Shown here in pieces: positions 1-12,588 of a stretch of 64,000 bases of DNA. Position numbers and translations under genes: made by a program. The stretch is taken from contig OZ025798.1 of the NCBI GenBank assembly GCA_964019425.1, forward strand, positions 1,240,001 through 1,304,000, in the 5' to 3' direction. Numbering within the stretch: the first letter of the stretch is position 1; each line of letters begins with the position of its first letter. Source of the DNA: Flectonema sp. DT1601 (taxonomy: Eukaryota). The notes below the pieces were generated by a model. The model was not told the origin of the DNA, did no database searches, and worked only from the letters and a program-made list of their open reading frames with translations.

Positions 1-735
1 TTGGTTGCGACTGGTGAGGCCGAGTCACCATTCCAGTGGGCAGACATCGTGACAACGACCACCCACAAGTCCCTTCGTGGACCACGTGCTGGAATGATCT
101 TCTACAGAATCAAGTCAAGAAAAGATGGATCCCCAACCGGTTGGGAGAAGTCGATCAACGAGGCTGTGTTCCCAGGTCTTCAGGGAGGTCCTCACGAGCA
201 CCAGATTGCTGCCATCGCCACCCAAATGAAGGAGGTTATGACCCCTGAGTTCAAGGCGTACTCTGTTCAGGTAAGAAAGAACATGAAGGCATTCGGAGAG
301 CGTTTGGTATCGAAGGGATACAACCTCGTCACCGGAGGAACTGACAACCACTTGGTATTGTGGAACCTCAACCCATTGGGATTGACTGGTTCAAAGGTAG
401 AGCTTGCCCTTGAGCACGCTTCGATCTCCGTTAACAAGAACACTGTTTCGACCGATAAGTCCGCGTTCACCCCGGGAGGTATCAGAGTTGGAGTTGGTGC
501 CCTCACCACGAGAGGAATGTTGGAGGGAGACATGACCACGGTTGCGGACATCTTCGAGAGAGTTGTTAACCTGTGCCTCGACATCCAGAAGGAGCATGGT
601 AAGATGTTGTCAGCCTTCCGTCCTGCTTTGGAGGCGAGCCCAGTGTTGAAGAAGATCAGAGATGACGTTGAGTCCTTCGCCGTCAAGTGGCCAATGCCTG
701 GATTCGATGTTGACGGCATGGTATACAAGCAGTAA
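1..735 (+). CDS. SHMT: Serine hydroxymethyltransferase, upstream tandem copy (5' part outside window)
   Basis: PLP-lysine motif [12 protein letters not shown] plus FPGLQGGPH and GGTDNHL; protein identical to the last 244 aa of the downstream copy. Confidence 0.97.
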   Translation: MVATGEAESPFQWADIVTTTTHKSLRGPRAGMIFYRIKSRKDGSPTGWEKSINEAVFPGLQGGPHEHQIAAIATQMKEVMTPEFKAYSVQVRKNMKAFGERLVSKGYNLVTGGTDNHLVLWNLNPLGLTGSKVELALEHASISVNKNTVSTDKSAFTPGGIRVGVGALTTRGMLEGDMTTVADIFERVVNLCLDIQKEHGKMLSAFRPALEASPVLKKIRDDVESFAVKWPMPGFDVDGMVYKQ

Positions 736-1332
736 ATACTGTTGTTGTGTGTTTGTTTGCGTAAATATTTTAATTTCTTTATATCCCTTCCAATATATAC
801 CTGAGGTACGCTAGAGGATCAGCATTCTTCTGTCTGTCTTACTATGTTGTCAGTAGTGATGTGCGTGTTTCATTCTGGTACTGCATTTGCAGGCACTGGT
901 AAACTCTCAAATAAAACAAAACGTGTGCGCGGAAGTAACCCGAGCATCGCTATTGATTGCAGGCATTGGTCAGTTGATCAATTGCCACTTTTGCAATGTA
1001 CCAAATACTATCCGATTTTGACGGCATTCTAATTCTTTTTCTTGTCCAGCTTGCTGCGTTACGTTGTGTAGTTCATGTATCGTTCTTTGTCGTCAGAAAC
1101 CCTGACTAACAATGTAGCGATTATGAGCAAACTCACAAGCGAAGCAAAGAATTGGAGATAACTATTTAGTATTTATCATTGAACCATTAGAGTAATAACT
1201 TAGTAGACATCCGTTAGGTTTATTTCTTCTTAACAGGATTTGCCTTCTGAAGGAAGTGTCGGTTTAGATTAAGAAGTTCGTAGTGTTGGTATTGCGAGTG
1301 CCTATATTCTTTCCCAGCTCTATCTCATCAAA

Positions 1333-3009
1333 ATGACTGCACTTCCAGGACAGGTTCCTTTGAAGGAACACGACCCTGTACTCTTCGACCTTATCGAACA
1401 GGAGAAGAGAAGACAGTGGGCTGGTTTGGAAATGGTATGTTTAGTTTCTCTTTCTGTTGTTCGCATTGAAGACGCAACGATGACGGCATTTGAAATTTGA
1501 ATAACAGCAATTACCAAAAATCACAAACAGATTGCCTCTGAGAACCTCACATCAAAGGCTGTGATGGAGTGCATGGGATCATGCCTCACCAACAAATACT
1601 CTGAGGGAGAAGTTGGAAAGAGATTCTACGGAGGTAACCAGATCATCGACAAGGTGTGTAGTGTTTTCCTCTACTGTGACTGGTATTTAAATAAACGATT
1701 GTAGTGACAACCAACGAATCAACCAACCAACAGATCGAACAACTTGCAAAGGACAGATGTCTTCAGGCATTCAACGTCAACGACGGTAACTGGGCCGTCA
1801 ACGTTCAGCCATACTCCGGGTATGTAGTGTTTTCCTGCTTTTTCTCTCTGGTTCTACCTAGAGTAACAATCAATCAAACAAACAAACAAACAAACTACCA
1901 AAAGTAACAATCAATCAAACAAACAAACAAACAGTTCATCAGCGAATTTCGGAGCATACACCGGAGTGTTGAAGCCACACGACAGAATCATGGGACTTGA
2001 CCTCCCAAGTGGTGGCCATCTTACCCACGGATACTACACCGCAACGAAGAAGGTTTCAGCGACTTCAATCTACTTCGAGTCATTCCCATACCGTGTAGGA
2101 GCTGATGGAAAGGTTGACATCGAGGAGTTGAGGAGAAACGCCCAGACCTTCCGCCCAAAGATCTTGATTATGGGAGGATCTGCTTACCCAAGAGAGTGGC
2201 CATACAAGGAGTTCAGAGAGATCGCTGACTCCATTGGAGCATACTTGATGATGGACATGGCGCACATCTCTGGATTGGTTGCGACTGGTGAGGCCGAGTC
2301 ACCATTCCAGTGGGCGGACATCGTGACAACGACCACCCACAAGTCCCTTCGTGGACCACGTGCTGGAATGATCTTCTACAGAATCAAGTCAAGAAAAGAC
2401 GGATCCCCAACCGGTTGGGAGAAGTCGATCAACGAGGCTGTGTTCCCAGGTCTCCAGGGAGGTCCTCACGAGCACCAGATTGCTGCCATCGCCACCCAAA
2501 TGAAGGAGGTTATGACCCCTGAGTTCAAGGCATACTCTGTTCAGGTAAGAAAGAACATGAAGGCATTCGGAGAGCGTTTGGTATCGAAGGGATACAACCT
2601 CGTCACCGGAGGAACTGACAACCACTTGGTATTGTGGAACCTCAACCCATTGGGATTGACTGGTTCAAAGGTAGAGCTTGCCCTTGAGCACGCTTCGATC
2701 TCCGTTAACAAGAACACTGTTTCGACCGATAAGTCCGCGTTCACTCCGGGAGGTATCAGAGTTGGAGTTGGTGCCCTCACCACGAGAGGAATGTTGGAGG
2801 GAGATATGACCACGGTTGCGGACATCTTCGAGAGAGTTGTTAACTTGTGCCTCGACATCCAGAAGGAGCATGGTAAGATGTTGTCAGCCTTCCGTCCTGC
2901 TTTGGAGGCGAGCCCAGTGTTGAAGAAGATCAGAGACGACGTTGAGTCCTTCGCCGTCAAGTGGCCAATGCCTGGATTCGATGTTGACGGCATGGTATAC
3001 AAGCAGTAA
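1333..3009 (+). CDS. SHMT: Serine hydroxymethyltransferase, likely cytosolic; exons 1333-1434, 1531-1653, 1734-1819, 1935-3009
   Basis: Spliced product [15 protein letters not shown]...LEM|IASEN...NKYSEG...NVQPYSG|SSANF...GGHLTHG...THKSLRGPR; three GT-AG introns restore the frame; no obvious mitochondrial presequence. Confidence 0.96.
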
Positions 3010-3743
3010 AGTAATATTTGTGATCATAGATACTTTAATAGTTGCCTCAGCAATCAGCTTTAATTCGTCTGCACTAATGAAACTTATTGGTGTAAGAATT
3101 GTGAGAGTCACCTCACAAGATACTGGTAATCCCAATTATGAGACAAGAGGTAAACGATGCTTTCGGAGGTTCCTGAAAGAGTTTAATGTCTTTCGCAGAG
3201 AATTATAAGTGACAACGCTTTCAATAACCAGAACCATGTTTACCGGTTTCCCTCTGTCTATTCCCAAATCCTTCCAAATACATTTATTAACCGCGTGGAT
3301 CAGGTGAGTTGCTTTTCAAGGGCCAAGTTCCAACGTGCTTGCGGTTCTTTTTTTTTGTTGTTGCTAACATAGTTGCTTCCTTTCCTTCTGTTTGGATGCG
3401 TACTCGCTGCTGCATGTGGATCGAAAGGAAGCAGTTGAAGGCAGTATATTGAACAGAATGAAGAAAAAAAAAAAAAAAAAAAAAAACGTCGAACAAAAGT
3501 GAATGAACTGAAGATTATTTTTTTTTAAGATCGTTCATTTTTTTTTTTTTTTTTTTCAATTGATTTATCAAGATGGATAAAAAGGAAAAAAAAAAAAAAA
3601 ACTAATTCTTTTCTTAAAGTACAACGAAAATTCAAATAAAACCCCTCAATTATTTACTACCAGGTTCGCTTAGAATATGATCTGTAAACACGTCGTGCCT
3701 ATTTAAAATTAAAATATTTATTACTTTCAATGCACAGAATAAA

Positions 3744-6700
3744 ATGAGTAAAAAGGCGAAAATAAGGGGTCTGTGCATCGCTCTCTTTGGAGTGAGAGGT
3801 CCAGATGAAAAGATTGGTCCGATAAGTTCAGAAATTGAAGATCCTGCTGGAGCTATAAAGACTCTTTTTAAGAAATTTCAAAAGAGGATTGATAAGAAGT
3901 CTCGAGATGGATTAGATTGGGCGAGTGATTTAAAAATAAAGAATTGCGACTTGTATTACGCGAGGGATGCTAAAATTAGTCAGATGGATAACTTGGTCAG
4001 TAATTGGGAAGCTAAGAAAGATAGTACAAACCTCATATTGCTCAGTCCTAACGACATCATATCGCAAGTTATTGGAGCAAACAATCGTCCTTGTTTTGTC
4101 TTCAAAGCACCAACACCTAGCAGCGGCGTGCTTCCTCCCCCACCGCCTAAGCCTCCGGTACGGGCTCCGGGAGGAACACCAGGCTCCACTACAGCAGCTC
4201 CATCACCACCTAGTGCACCAAAACCTCCGAAACCTCCTGGTCCACCGACTACACCTTCAGCTCCTAAGCCATCAGGACCGCCATCTGCACCACCGGTGGC
4301 TCCCCCAGCGCCCAAGCCTCCGGGACCACTAGCTGCACCGTCAGCACCTAAGCCACCAGGACCGCCAGCTGCACCTCCAGCAGCTCCCTCAGCGCCTAAG
4401 CCTCCGGGACCACCAGCTGCGCCGTCGGCAGCTCCCCCAGCGCCGAAGCCACCAGGACCTCCAGCTGCACCTCCAGCACCTAAGCCTCCAGGACCACCAG
4501 CTGCGCCGTCAGCAGCTCCCCCAGCACCTAAGCCACCAGGACCTCCAGCTTCACCTCCAGCACCTAAGCCACCAGGACCGCCAGCTGCACCTCCAGCGCC
4601 TAAGCCACCAGGACCACCAGCTGCTCCTCCAGCGCCAAAGCCTCCAGGACCACCAGCTGCGCCGCCAGCAGCTCCCCCAGCACCTAAGCCACCAGGACCG
4701 CCAGCTGCTCCCCCAGCGCCAAAGCCTCCAGGACCACCAGCTGCGCCACCAGCAGACACGCCTAAGCCTCCAGGGCCTCCACCAGGACCGCCAGCTGCAC
4801 CTCCGGCAGCTCCCCCAGCGCCAAAGCCTCCGGGACCACCAGCTGCGCCGTCAGCAGCTCCCCCAGCGCCTAAACCACCAGGACCACCAGCTGCACCTCC
4901 AGCACCTGAATCAGTAGCTGCACCGTTAGTAGCCTCACCAGCACCTACGCTACCGGAACCACCAGCAGCTCCCCCAGCACCAGGAACACCATCAACGCCG
5001 GGACCACCAGCTGCACCCCCAGCACCGACTTCGCCAGGACCTCCCCCAGCTTCAAAGCCTCCGGGAGCACCAGCTGCACCGCCAGCAGCCTCACCAGCAC
5101 CTACGCCACCAGGACCACCAGCAGCTCCACCAGCACCTGGAACACCAGCGCCGCCAGGACCACCAGCTGCACCGCCAGCACCTACGGGACCGCCGGCTGC
5201 AGCATCACCACCTGCACCACCAGGACCACCGGCAGCTCCCCCAGCAACAAAGCCAACGGAAACAATAGCAGCGCCTAAGCCACCAACCCAACAACCACCA
5301 CCACCTCCTATGGCACCACCTACTTCAGTAGCAGCTTCGGGACCTCCTTCAGCTCCAATTCCAAGTGTTCCTTCGCCATCAGCATCACCGCATCCGACGG
5401 CAGATCCAACTCTGTCAGCTGTACCATCTGTTGCACCCCAAGTTGCGGGTGTCTCAGTTGTACCCTTACCAAAGGGACCAGGTGTTGGTTCATTTCCACA
5501 AGACGTCAATCAAATGCAGCAGATGATGCAAATGGCAGCCATGCAAATGGGGGCCCAGCAGGGATATGCTCAGCCAGGTTTTTCAAATGGCCAACCAGTA
5601 TTTATGCAACTTCCGCCTATGCCAGTGATGCCTATTTCATCTGTTTCGGTACCGTGGGCTGCAGAAAAAGATTCTCTCGCACAAGATTTGAAAAAGCAGC
5701 GAGAGTTGATTGAGTCACAGGTATACTAACCGAATGTTTTAATAAAAGTAAATTAAAGTAATATATTCATCACTGACATCAAATAATAATACAAACAGGC
5801 CAAGAAGATTGAGTCGTTAGAGCTACTCGTTAAACAGCAGCTGACAACAAAGCAGCAGCCATCCTCAGCTGTACAAAAAGATGAAGCTTCCGAACAGGTA
5901 TGACTTTGAGTTTGTGATTGGCCCGCTCTCACTCGCATACAAAAACAAACAGGCTCGCATTGCTGAATTCCAGTGGAAATTCGAAAAGGAAAAGATGTTG
6001 TTGGAGGAACGAATTAAGGTTTGTAGTCGCAAATAGTTAATAAGATTTAAATAACTCAACAAGTGAAATACACATCATTTAAAACAGTGCGAAGAAAAGG
6101 AGCAAGAGATGTTGAAGTTAGAAAAGCAACTTGATCTCGCTAATGAAGAGCGGAAGGCCTGGCAGGTTTGTTATTTTTTTGAATGTAGAATTACTTCTTT
6201 CTGTGTTCCCCCGTTGCATCAGTCAGAAACCTGTAGACTCCCGAATAAATATAATAAAACAGGAGAAACAGCTGCGAGAAGAGGCTGCGGCTGCCCGTTC
6301 AAAAGCTGAAGAGAAAGATAGGATTCGCGAGGAGGAAGTGAAGATGTTCGAGGTAGAGTTCGAAAGACAGGAACAAGAAACGAGAGAGTTGGAAGCGGAG
6401 ATTAGCAAACTTCGAATGAAGCAGCAGGAAATCGAAGAAGCAGAAATGAGAAAAGCGTACGAACTGAAAAAGGAGTCGGAGCGTCAAAAACGCGATAAGG
6501 CAGAAAAAGAACGCGCCGACCTAGTCACTGAGTGTCGACGCTTAGAAAATGCGAAGGAAGCCAGACAGCGAAAGCTAGCGGCACAGCATCTGAATGATGT
6601 CCGAACGGAAGCACTTCTAATGAGAAAAGCTGAAAGAGATGGCGGACTGCTGTCTGCTGCTGGCATGCCGCAACCTCTACAGAGAAAAAAGAAAAACAAG

Positions 6701-7210
6701 AAGGGAGTACCTCCAGTCACAGATGAGAAGCTAAAAGACTATTTAAAGTTTGTTGATTCGATTGAGAAAGAACAAAACAAATTATTAGTAGCTTCCGGAT
6801 GGGATTCCAGAGCTATGCAGACCCTCGAGGAATGTGAATTAACAAAAAGACAGATGAGAAACCACGGGAGGAAGGGATACGATGGAACTACACAAAAACA
6901 AAAACACGATCTCGAGATTCTCGAGAAATGGCAGCAGTGGCATGTTGACAGTGATATGGTTTTAGACTTCGCTCATGGTCCTGATGCGAGAGGGACAATA
7001 ACTGAAGAAGCTGCGAAGGCGCTTCTGTACGATGATAAACTTGAGAAACGCTCCTGGGTAGCAAAAGCAAAAGCTGCCCACACTCAGCCGTACTCACAAA
7101 TGGCTTCAGTGCTACCGAATACTCCGCCTCGAGTTAGTCATAATGAACAATCTTATTTATCAACTGCAATGGATTCTGTAAGGAGATCACTTGTAGACTC
7201 GCCTTACTAA
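3744..7210 (+). CDS. Proline-rich repeat protein with C-terminal coiled coil; introns 5721-5798, 5898-5952, 6019-6087, 6166-6262
   Basis: Long ORF with many PPAAPPAPKPPG repeats; four phase-0 GT-AG introns join it to the E/K/R-rich ORF ending at 7210. Confidence 0.8.
4130..5320 (+). repeat. Coding minisatellite encoding PPAAPPAPKPPG-type units
   Basis: Degenerate tandem repeats such as ccagcacctaagccaccaggaccgccagctgca. Confidence 0.9.
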
Positions 7211-7532
7211 TTGGTCTTGTGATTGGCGGCTATTCGTAGTCGATGTTGAAACCAGACCTGTGGGGGGGTTGGTGGCTATTTATTACTCTGTGATTATTTC
7301 TTTTTTTTTTGTTATCCCCAGAAACTTTCTTTTCTGTATTTGTGTCATAAATATTTCACTTATTTTATTGTATTTTGTTGCACCTGATTATTTGTACTAG
7401 AGATATTGTGAATTAAGGTTGTGGTGTGAAGTTTGTCTTTTGGGACACCACGTGGAACCTTTTTCGATTGTAGTCGAACTGTCAATTAACAGCTTTCATG
7501 TATAACATTTGTTCATCTCAGCAGCTATCAAA

Positions 7533-8610
7533 ATGATGGCATCACCAGTTGGAAGGATTCGTCCTCATGACTTGCAGAAGATTCCTGCAGGTTGGGAGGT
7601 TGACGTGAGTAACACAACTGGGAGGTTATATTACAGAAATTCACAATCTGGAGAGACTCAGTGGGATTGCCCTCGGGCACCAACCCCAGAAATGACTCCT
7701 CGAAGTGAGAGTGCGCGGAGCGGTGCTTCGATGTCTTCAGGTCTCAGTTACGTCTCTGTAGCCAGCGGTTGTCGTATGGAATGTATTTGTGAAATCTGTG
7801 ACTGTGGTAAGCATCAGTGTCCTGATCATCCTGTAATGTTACCCTACGGTAATATTAGAAGTGTTTACAGAGGGGATTTCCCCTGTCACGAGATCCAAGC
7901 GAAGTCCCGACGAGGAGGATCAACTCCGTTTGTTCAAACGGCTTTCGATCCAAATCATTTTCAGACAATTCACAAAAGTACTTTTATACCTCACTCTGTA
8001 TCACATAGAAACTATAGACCATCATCAGCACCTGTCAGAAGAACAAAGTTCACAGGTCGGAGTACCTATCAGGTAGAGCACGGACCGAAAGAGAGAACTG
8101 ATGGAATGATGCGAAAACCACCTCACGTTTACCCGCCTAAGATTCCATTCGACCACAAAACAACTTCGCAAGCTACTTACGGACCGACTGGAGGAGCTGA
8201 GAGGAGGGAGGCGATGAAACCACAGACTAGAGTATTACCGAACACAAGTTTCTATGGAACTTCGACCTACAACGAGAACTACTTATCTCCTGATGACAAA
8301 GACACCGTCCACCGTTACCAACATCAGAGAATGCCTCCCGTTAATGAAGATCGCGACTTCCTTTCTACGAAAGCAATCAGCTACACGCACCCACCCCTCA
8401 GCGTCTGCCCTGCAGTAGGACTTCCAAAGAAGCCTGTTTCAAAACACACGGGGCACGTTCATTACCATAAGAAGTTCCAAGCTACTGGAGGGAGAGTATG
8501 TGCTGTTTTATTTTCCCAACTAAACCACCGTCGTTGTTACTATTGGATAGTACCCACGTCGTGGAATCACTTAATAACTAAAATAGGTTTCAACTTGCTA
8601 CTCGCCTTAG
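7533..8610 (+). CDS. WW domain + SAXO/FAM154 (MAP6-related axonemal microtubule stabiliser)-like protein; probable intron 8496-8586 (unspliced frame runs to 8765)
   Basis: IPAGWE...GRLYYRN...TQWDCP is a WW domain; CICEICDCGKHQC matches the SAXO N-terminal Cys motif, followed by F-x3-(S/T)T(Y)-type repeats. Confidence 0.75.
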
Positions 8611-9750
8611 TGAGTGTTCAGTTGAGCATTTCGAGTTACCGATCCCTCAAAGCAACTTCAAGTAGTCTTCTGAAAAGAAGACATCATCAGTCCTATCACG
8701 GAACTGAGAGAACCCTCCCTGAGTTGAGGGGAGCTTTCTGTTCGATCGTTTTATATGTTTTGTAGTACTCGTGGTATTGTGAATTTATTATTATTTAAGG
8801 GAAAACGTTTTCTATTCTTTTTGAATACATTCTCCTGAGAAGCTTTTCCATCCACTATACGTCTATTTCTTACGTGTGAAACTAAAAGTTAAAAAGTTTT
8901 TTTTTTTTTTTTTTTAAATCTTTTTTTTATGCCATCTAATACTACTGTCAGAGATGGTTGTTTGTAACCCAGCAACACACACATCAAGCGCGAATTAGTT
9001 TTCCCCCTCGACTGCAAAAATATCAATAAATTATAATATTTGATATTTTGTAAGGAGTGATTCACATTTTAATCCAATTCCTCTTCCCTGCTTAGTGAGC
9101 AACAACCTTCTTTGACACGTAATTTGTCTAGATTGGGAAGTGTGCGATCGTGGTCGCCCTCCATTTTGGTTAATTTTTTTTTTTTTTTTTTTTCCTTGGC
9201 GTGAATGTTAGTTTCCCAAAAAAAAAAAAAAAAAAATGCGAATTTTTTTTTACGAATTTACGAATTTTGGTTGTAGTTTTTACTGCACATGTCAATCTGA
9301 TTGACTAATTCACTTCAGTTCTGTCAAAGAAATTATAATTTTATTCCCGCATCTCGCTCGGATGATTCTTTTTATTTATTTATTTATTTTTTTGAAAACA
9401 TCTTTCTTTACGAACTAAATTCTAAAACAAAAGCAGAAAAAAAAGAAGAAAAAAGAAGGGGAAAAATGGAGTAAAAATAATTTTAGTTTTTTTTCTATCT
9501 AAAACTGGCAAACACTAACAGGGATGTGTCCCTTGAAAAGACTGTTTGTCTTGTTTTGGTTTATTTCGTATTGTGAAGTTGTTTAAGTGAGGTCTGCTTG
9601 TTCAATTTCTGATTATTTTTCTTTTTTAAAACAGGTAATACGATTACTACAAAAGGTAAAGAAGACCAGCAACTGGCTCTGATCAGAAGCTCACTCAGGG
9701 TATAAAGAATCATTTGTTTCAGTTGTTTTATCAAAAAAAAAGAGACGAAA

Positions 9751-10230
9751 ATGTTCCGTCACGCCGTCAGAATCTCCGCAGCAGCTGTTAGTTTTGCATC
9801 GACTGTCGCGGCATTCAAGACGACTGGTTTCGCAGAAACGGTGTCTCAGCCACGAGCACTCCAGTCGTCAAATTCATCAAAAATAAGTATCTCAGCTCAC
9901 GCGGCAATGAAAGAGAACTTAGCGAGGAGGTTAGCAAAGGTCTACGTGCTTCCTTCAAAAGAATTAAAGGCCGGGAACAAAGTAACCTTTTACCCAATTG
10001 AGGAATCTGTTTACAATTCAACTGCAATGAGAAGCGCTGTAATTCTTGAACAGGGTGAACCTGTGAAAGTCCAACTAGCAAATGGTGAGACGGAATATGT
10101 CGAACCAGATAACCTGCACCATCAGCAGTTGTATCAGAAATTGAGATTTTGGGAAGAAGAAGACCCTGACATGGCTACTGCGATCATCAATTTCATCGCC
10201 GCAGAAAAACACGGTAGCATTAGGCTTTAA
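9751..10230 (+). CDS. Hypothetical protein with mitochondrial presequence-like N-terminus
   Basis: 159-aa ORF after atttgtttcag acceptor; MFRHAVRISAAAVSFAST is R/S/A-rich and lacks acidic residues. Confidence 0.7.
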   Translation: MFRHAVRISAAAVSFASTVAAFKTTGFAETVSQPRALQSSNSSKISISAHAAMKENLARRLAKVYVLPSKELKAGNKVTFYPIEESVYNSTAMRSAVILEQGEPVKVQLANGETEYVEPDNLHHQQLYQKLRFWEEEDPDMATAIINFIAAEKHGSIRL

Positions 10231-11614
10231 GGTTTCTGTGTTTTTTATCTTTTTTTTATCATTACGCGTTTTGCTTTCATCCTAATCACCTAGGAACACC
10301 ACCTTCTCACCTCTTTCTGGGTACTCTTCTTTATTTGTATTGTTACTAGCTGATGCATAGCCCGACTTCGCAGGACATTTGCGAGGACGTGAATTTGTCG
10401 TCAGTTTCTACGAGTTGCTTGTTGTGTTGTTTTTTTTTTTAGATGTCTGCTTTACAAAGTATACGTCTGTGGGGTATTTTATTTTATATTTATCTTCTGT
10501 TTTGTTTATTATAACTTTATTATCTTAATTAGTAGTACACTTTATAAACTAGAAGGCAGGATGCTCAGAACGAAATCCCTGTGAGCAACACTCTCGCGTG
10601 TTTACTGCGAAGCTGATGTTGTTGTTGTTTTTTTTTTTCTGGTTGGTTTGTTTCTTCTTAGAGGACTCTTTTTTTTTTTTTTTTTTTTTTTTTGTTGTGA
10701 TAATTTATCATTTTGTAGGTATTTCACCCTTCACAACACAGAAAGAGATCATTTTGTTCGATTTCTGTAATGGAAGGTGACGTGCAATTCGGTTTATCGA
10801 ATCTCCCCGCGTGCATATGCGGGAGAATACTTTGGATTGGTCTCAAAGACTCTCTGTGTTTGAGACTTAATCTAAACTCCTCTAAGTGAGTGTTTACTCG
10901 ATTTGTTTTCTCACACCCCGAGGGTTCCCCTAAACTAGAAACAAAAAAGTTGCATTTGCTGTTTCCAGCCGTGGAATCGGCTGTGGAGCTGATGCTGTCT
11001 TTTTTTCGAGGAATATTATTTCCGTTTCTTTTCTTTTGTTTTGTTTTTCATTATAATGAAGTCGTGGTCGTGTTTTCTAAATACTTATTTGAAATAACTA
11101 ATTAATTGTGTTTGTTGAAGTTGACGACCAATCAGCTTTCAATATGTCAGCCAGCAATAAGTAGTTGGAATCAATTAAGAAGCTGACAACACTTTGCAAT
11201 GAAGGCAGTCAGTTGATCGCTCGGTTGGTTATTAAGAAATTAGACAAACTAAATAAATCATCCGAACCTTAAATAGGATGTATTTTATTGTAGTATTTGT
11301 CTGGTTGTGATTAATAAGTTGTTGTTTTTCATTAGTAGTGTGTCCTTAAGTATACAAAATGTGAGTTTTTATTATTATTATTATTATTGGTTTGGTATCA
11401 GTTAGGGTTGTTTGGTTTTTTATGTAGTCTCACAAACGGTTTTTTTTTTATATTCTGGAATTGTCAGCGGTGTCTCATTCTGATCAGAAAGGTTTCCTCG
11501 TCCGGTTTTCTTCCTCTTTTCAAAGTGTTTTTATTTTCCTTTTATTTAAAGAATGCAGAAAGTAATGTTTGTGTTCTTTTAATTTATTCTCTCTTGTGAA
11601 GTCTGCCAATTAAA

Positions 11615-11765
11615 GCAGTCATCACGCAAAGGTCTCACGTAGACGTTGGAGCAGTCATCACGCAAAGGTCTCACGTAGACGTTGGAGCAGTCATCACGCA
11701 AAGGTCTCACGTAGACGTTGGAGCAGTCATCACGCAAAGGTCTCACGTAGACGTTGGAGCAGTCA
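11615..11765. repeat. Perfect 36-bp tandem repeat, 4 copies
   Basis: Unit gcagtcatcacgcaaaggtctcacgtagacgttgga read directly, no spacers. Confidence 0.97.
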
Positions 11766-12031
11766 AACTCCAGCATTGGCTCACAAGATTGAATTGGCGA
11801 AGATTCCTTTTTCCCTTTCCCTTCTCTTTGTGTTCAATTCCTCCCTTTTGGGTTGTTGAAATATGGGATTTCATATTATTGAGTTGGTTGAGTAAAGTCA
11901 GAAAATATAATTTATTTTTTATCAGCTGCACATTATAAACATTAGTATTCAGTAACTACAGAATGATGGTATTCTATTGTAGTGTTGTGTGCAGATGATG
12001 GTCTTGTTAACTTAGTTCCCACTTTCAGGAA

Positions 12032-12588
12032 ATGTTACGGCGCACGCGAATCTGCGCGGTGCTTCCCCCATTATGGCAGAAGGGAAATATTAACGTCGGT
12101 GAAAGGTATCATAATCCTGTGACGGGTGTGCTACCAGCACATTGGAAGAGAGCAAAAGATAAACAACCAGAGCCGAGTGTCTTTACTACTGCGAAGAGTA
12201 ATGCTCGATATGATTTAGAGTACAACTTCCCCGACCACGACCTGACATTAGAAATCCACAGCGTCTTGTCACCTACTCAGGTAGTTATATTTAGATGTTC
12301 ACCAAAGGTTTCAGAACTTGAGTTGAAGGTATGAAAACATCTCTTGTTGTTTATAAGAATATTGTCACCTGTTCTTCTGTTGAAGAAGTCAACAACCAAA
12401 AACAGAGTTACTTACAAAACGTGTACCAGATCACAACAATTAAAGAAATTAACTTTCAATACCGTCGTGGTGAGAGATGGATGGATGTGTTTGGAAGAAG
12501 ATGGAAACACCCTGACTACATGAGAGCCTACGTGTACCTGACAGAAACTGTTGAGATTAAGATCAAAGCAACACAACTAACACAATAG
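12032..12588 (+). CDS. MRPL23: Mitochondrial ribosomal protein uL23m-like; intron 12329-12405
   Basis: Spliced ...VIFRCSPKVSELELK|SYLQNVYQI...KHPDYMRAYVYL resembles the L23 core; MLRRTR presequence. Confidence 0.75.

Noticed and set aside
3980..5509. 509-aa Gly/Ala-rich minus-strand ORF
   Set aside because: Antisense shadow of the Pro/Ala repeat codons; no independent coding signal
11615..11765. CRISPR-like repeat length (36 bp; also 29 bp at 42411)
   Set aside because: Units are directly adjacent with no spacers, there are no cas genes, and the context is eukaryotic
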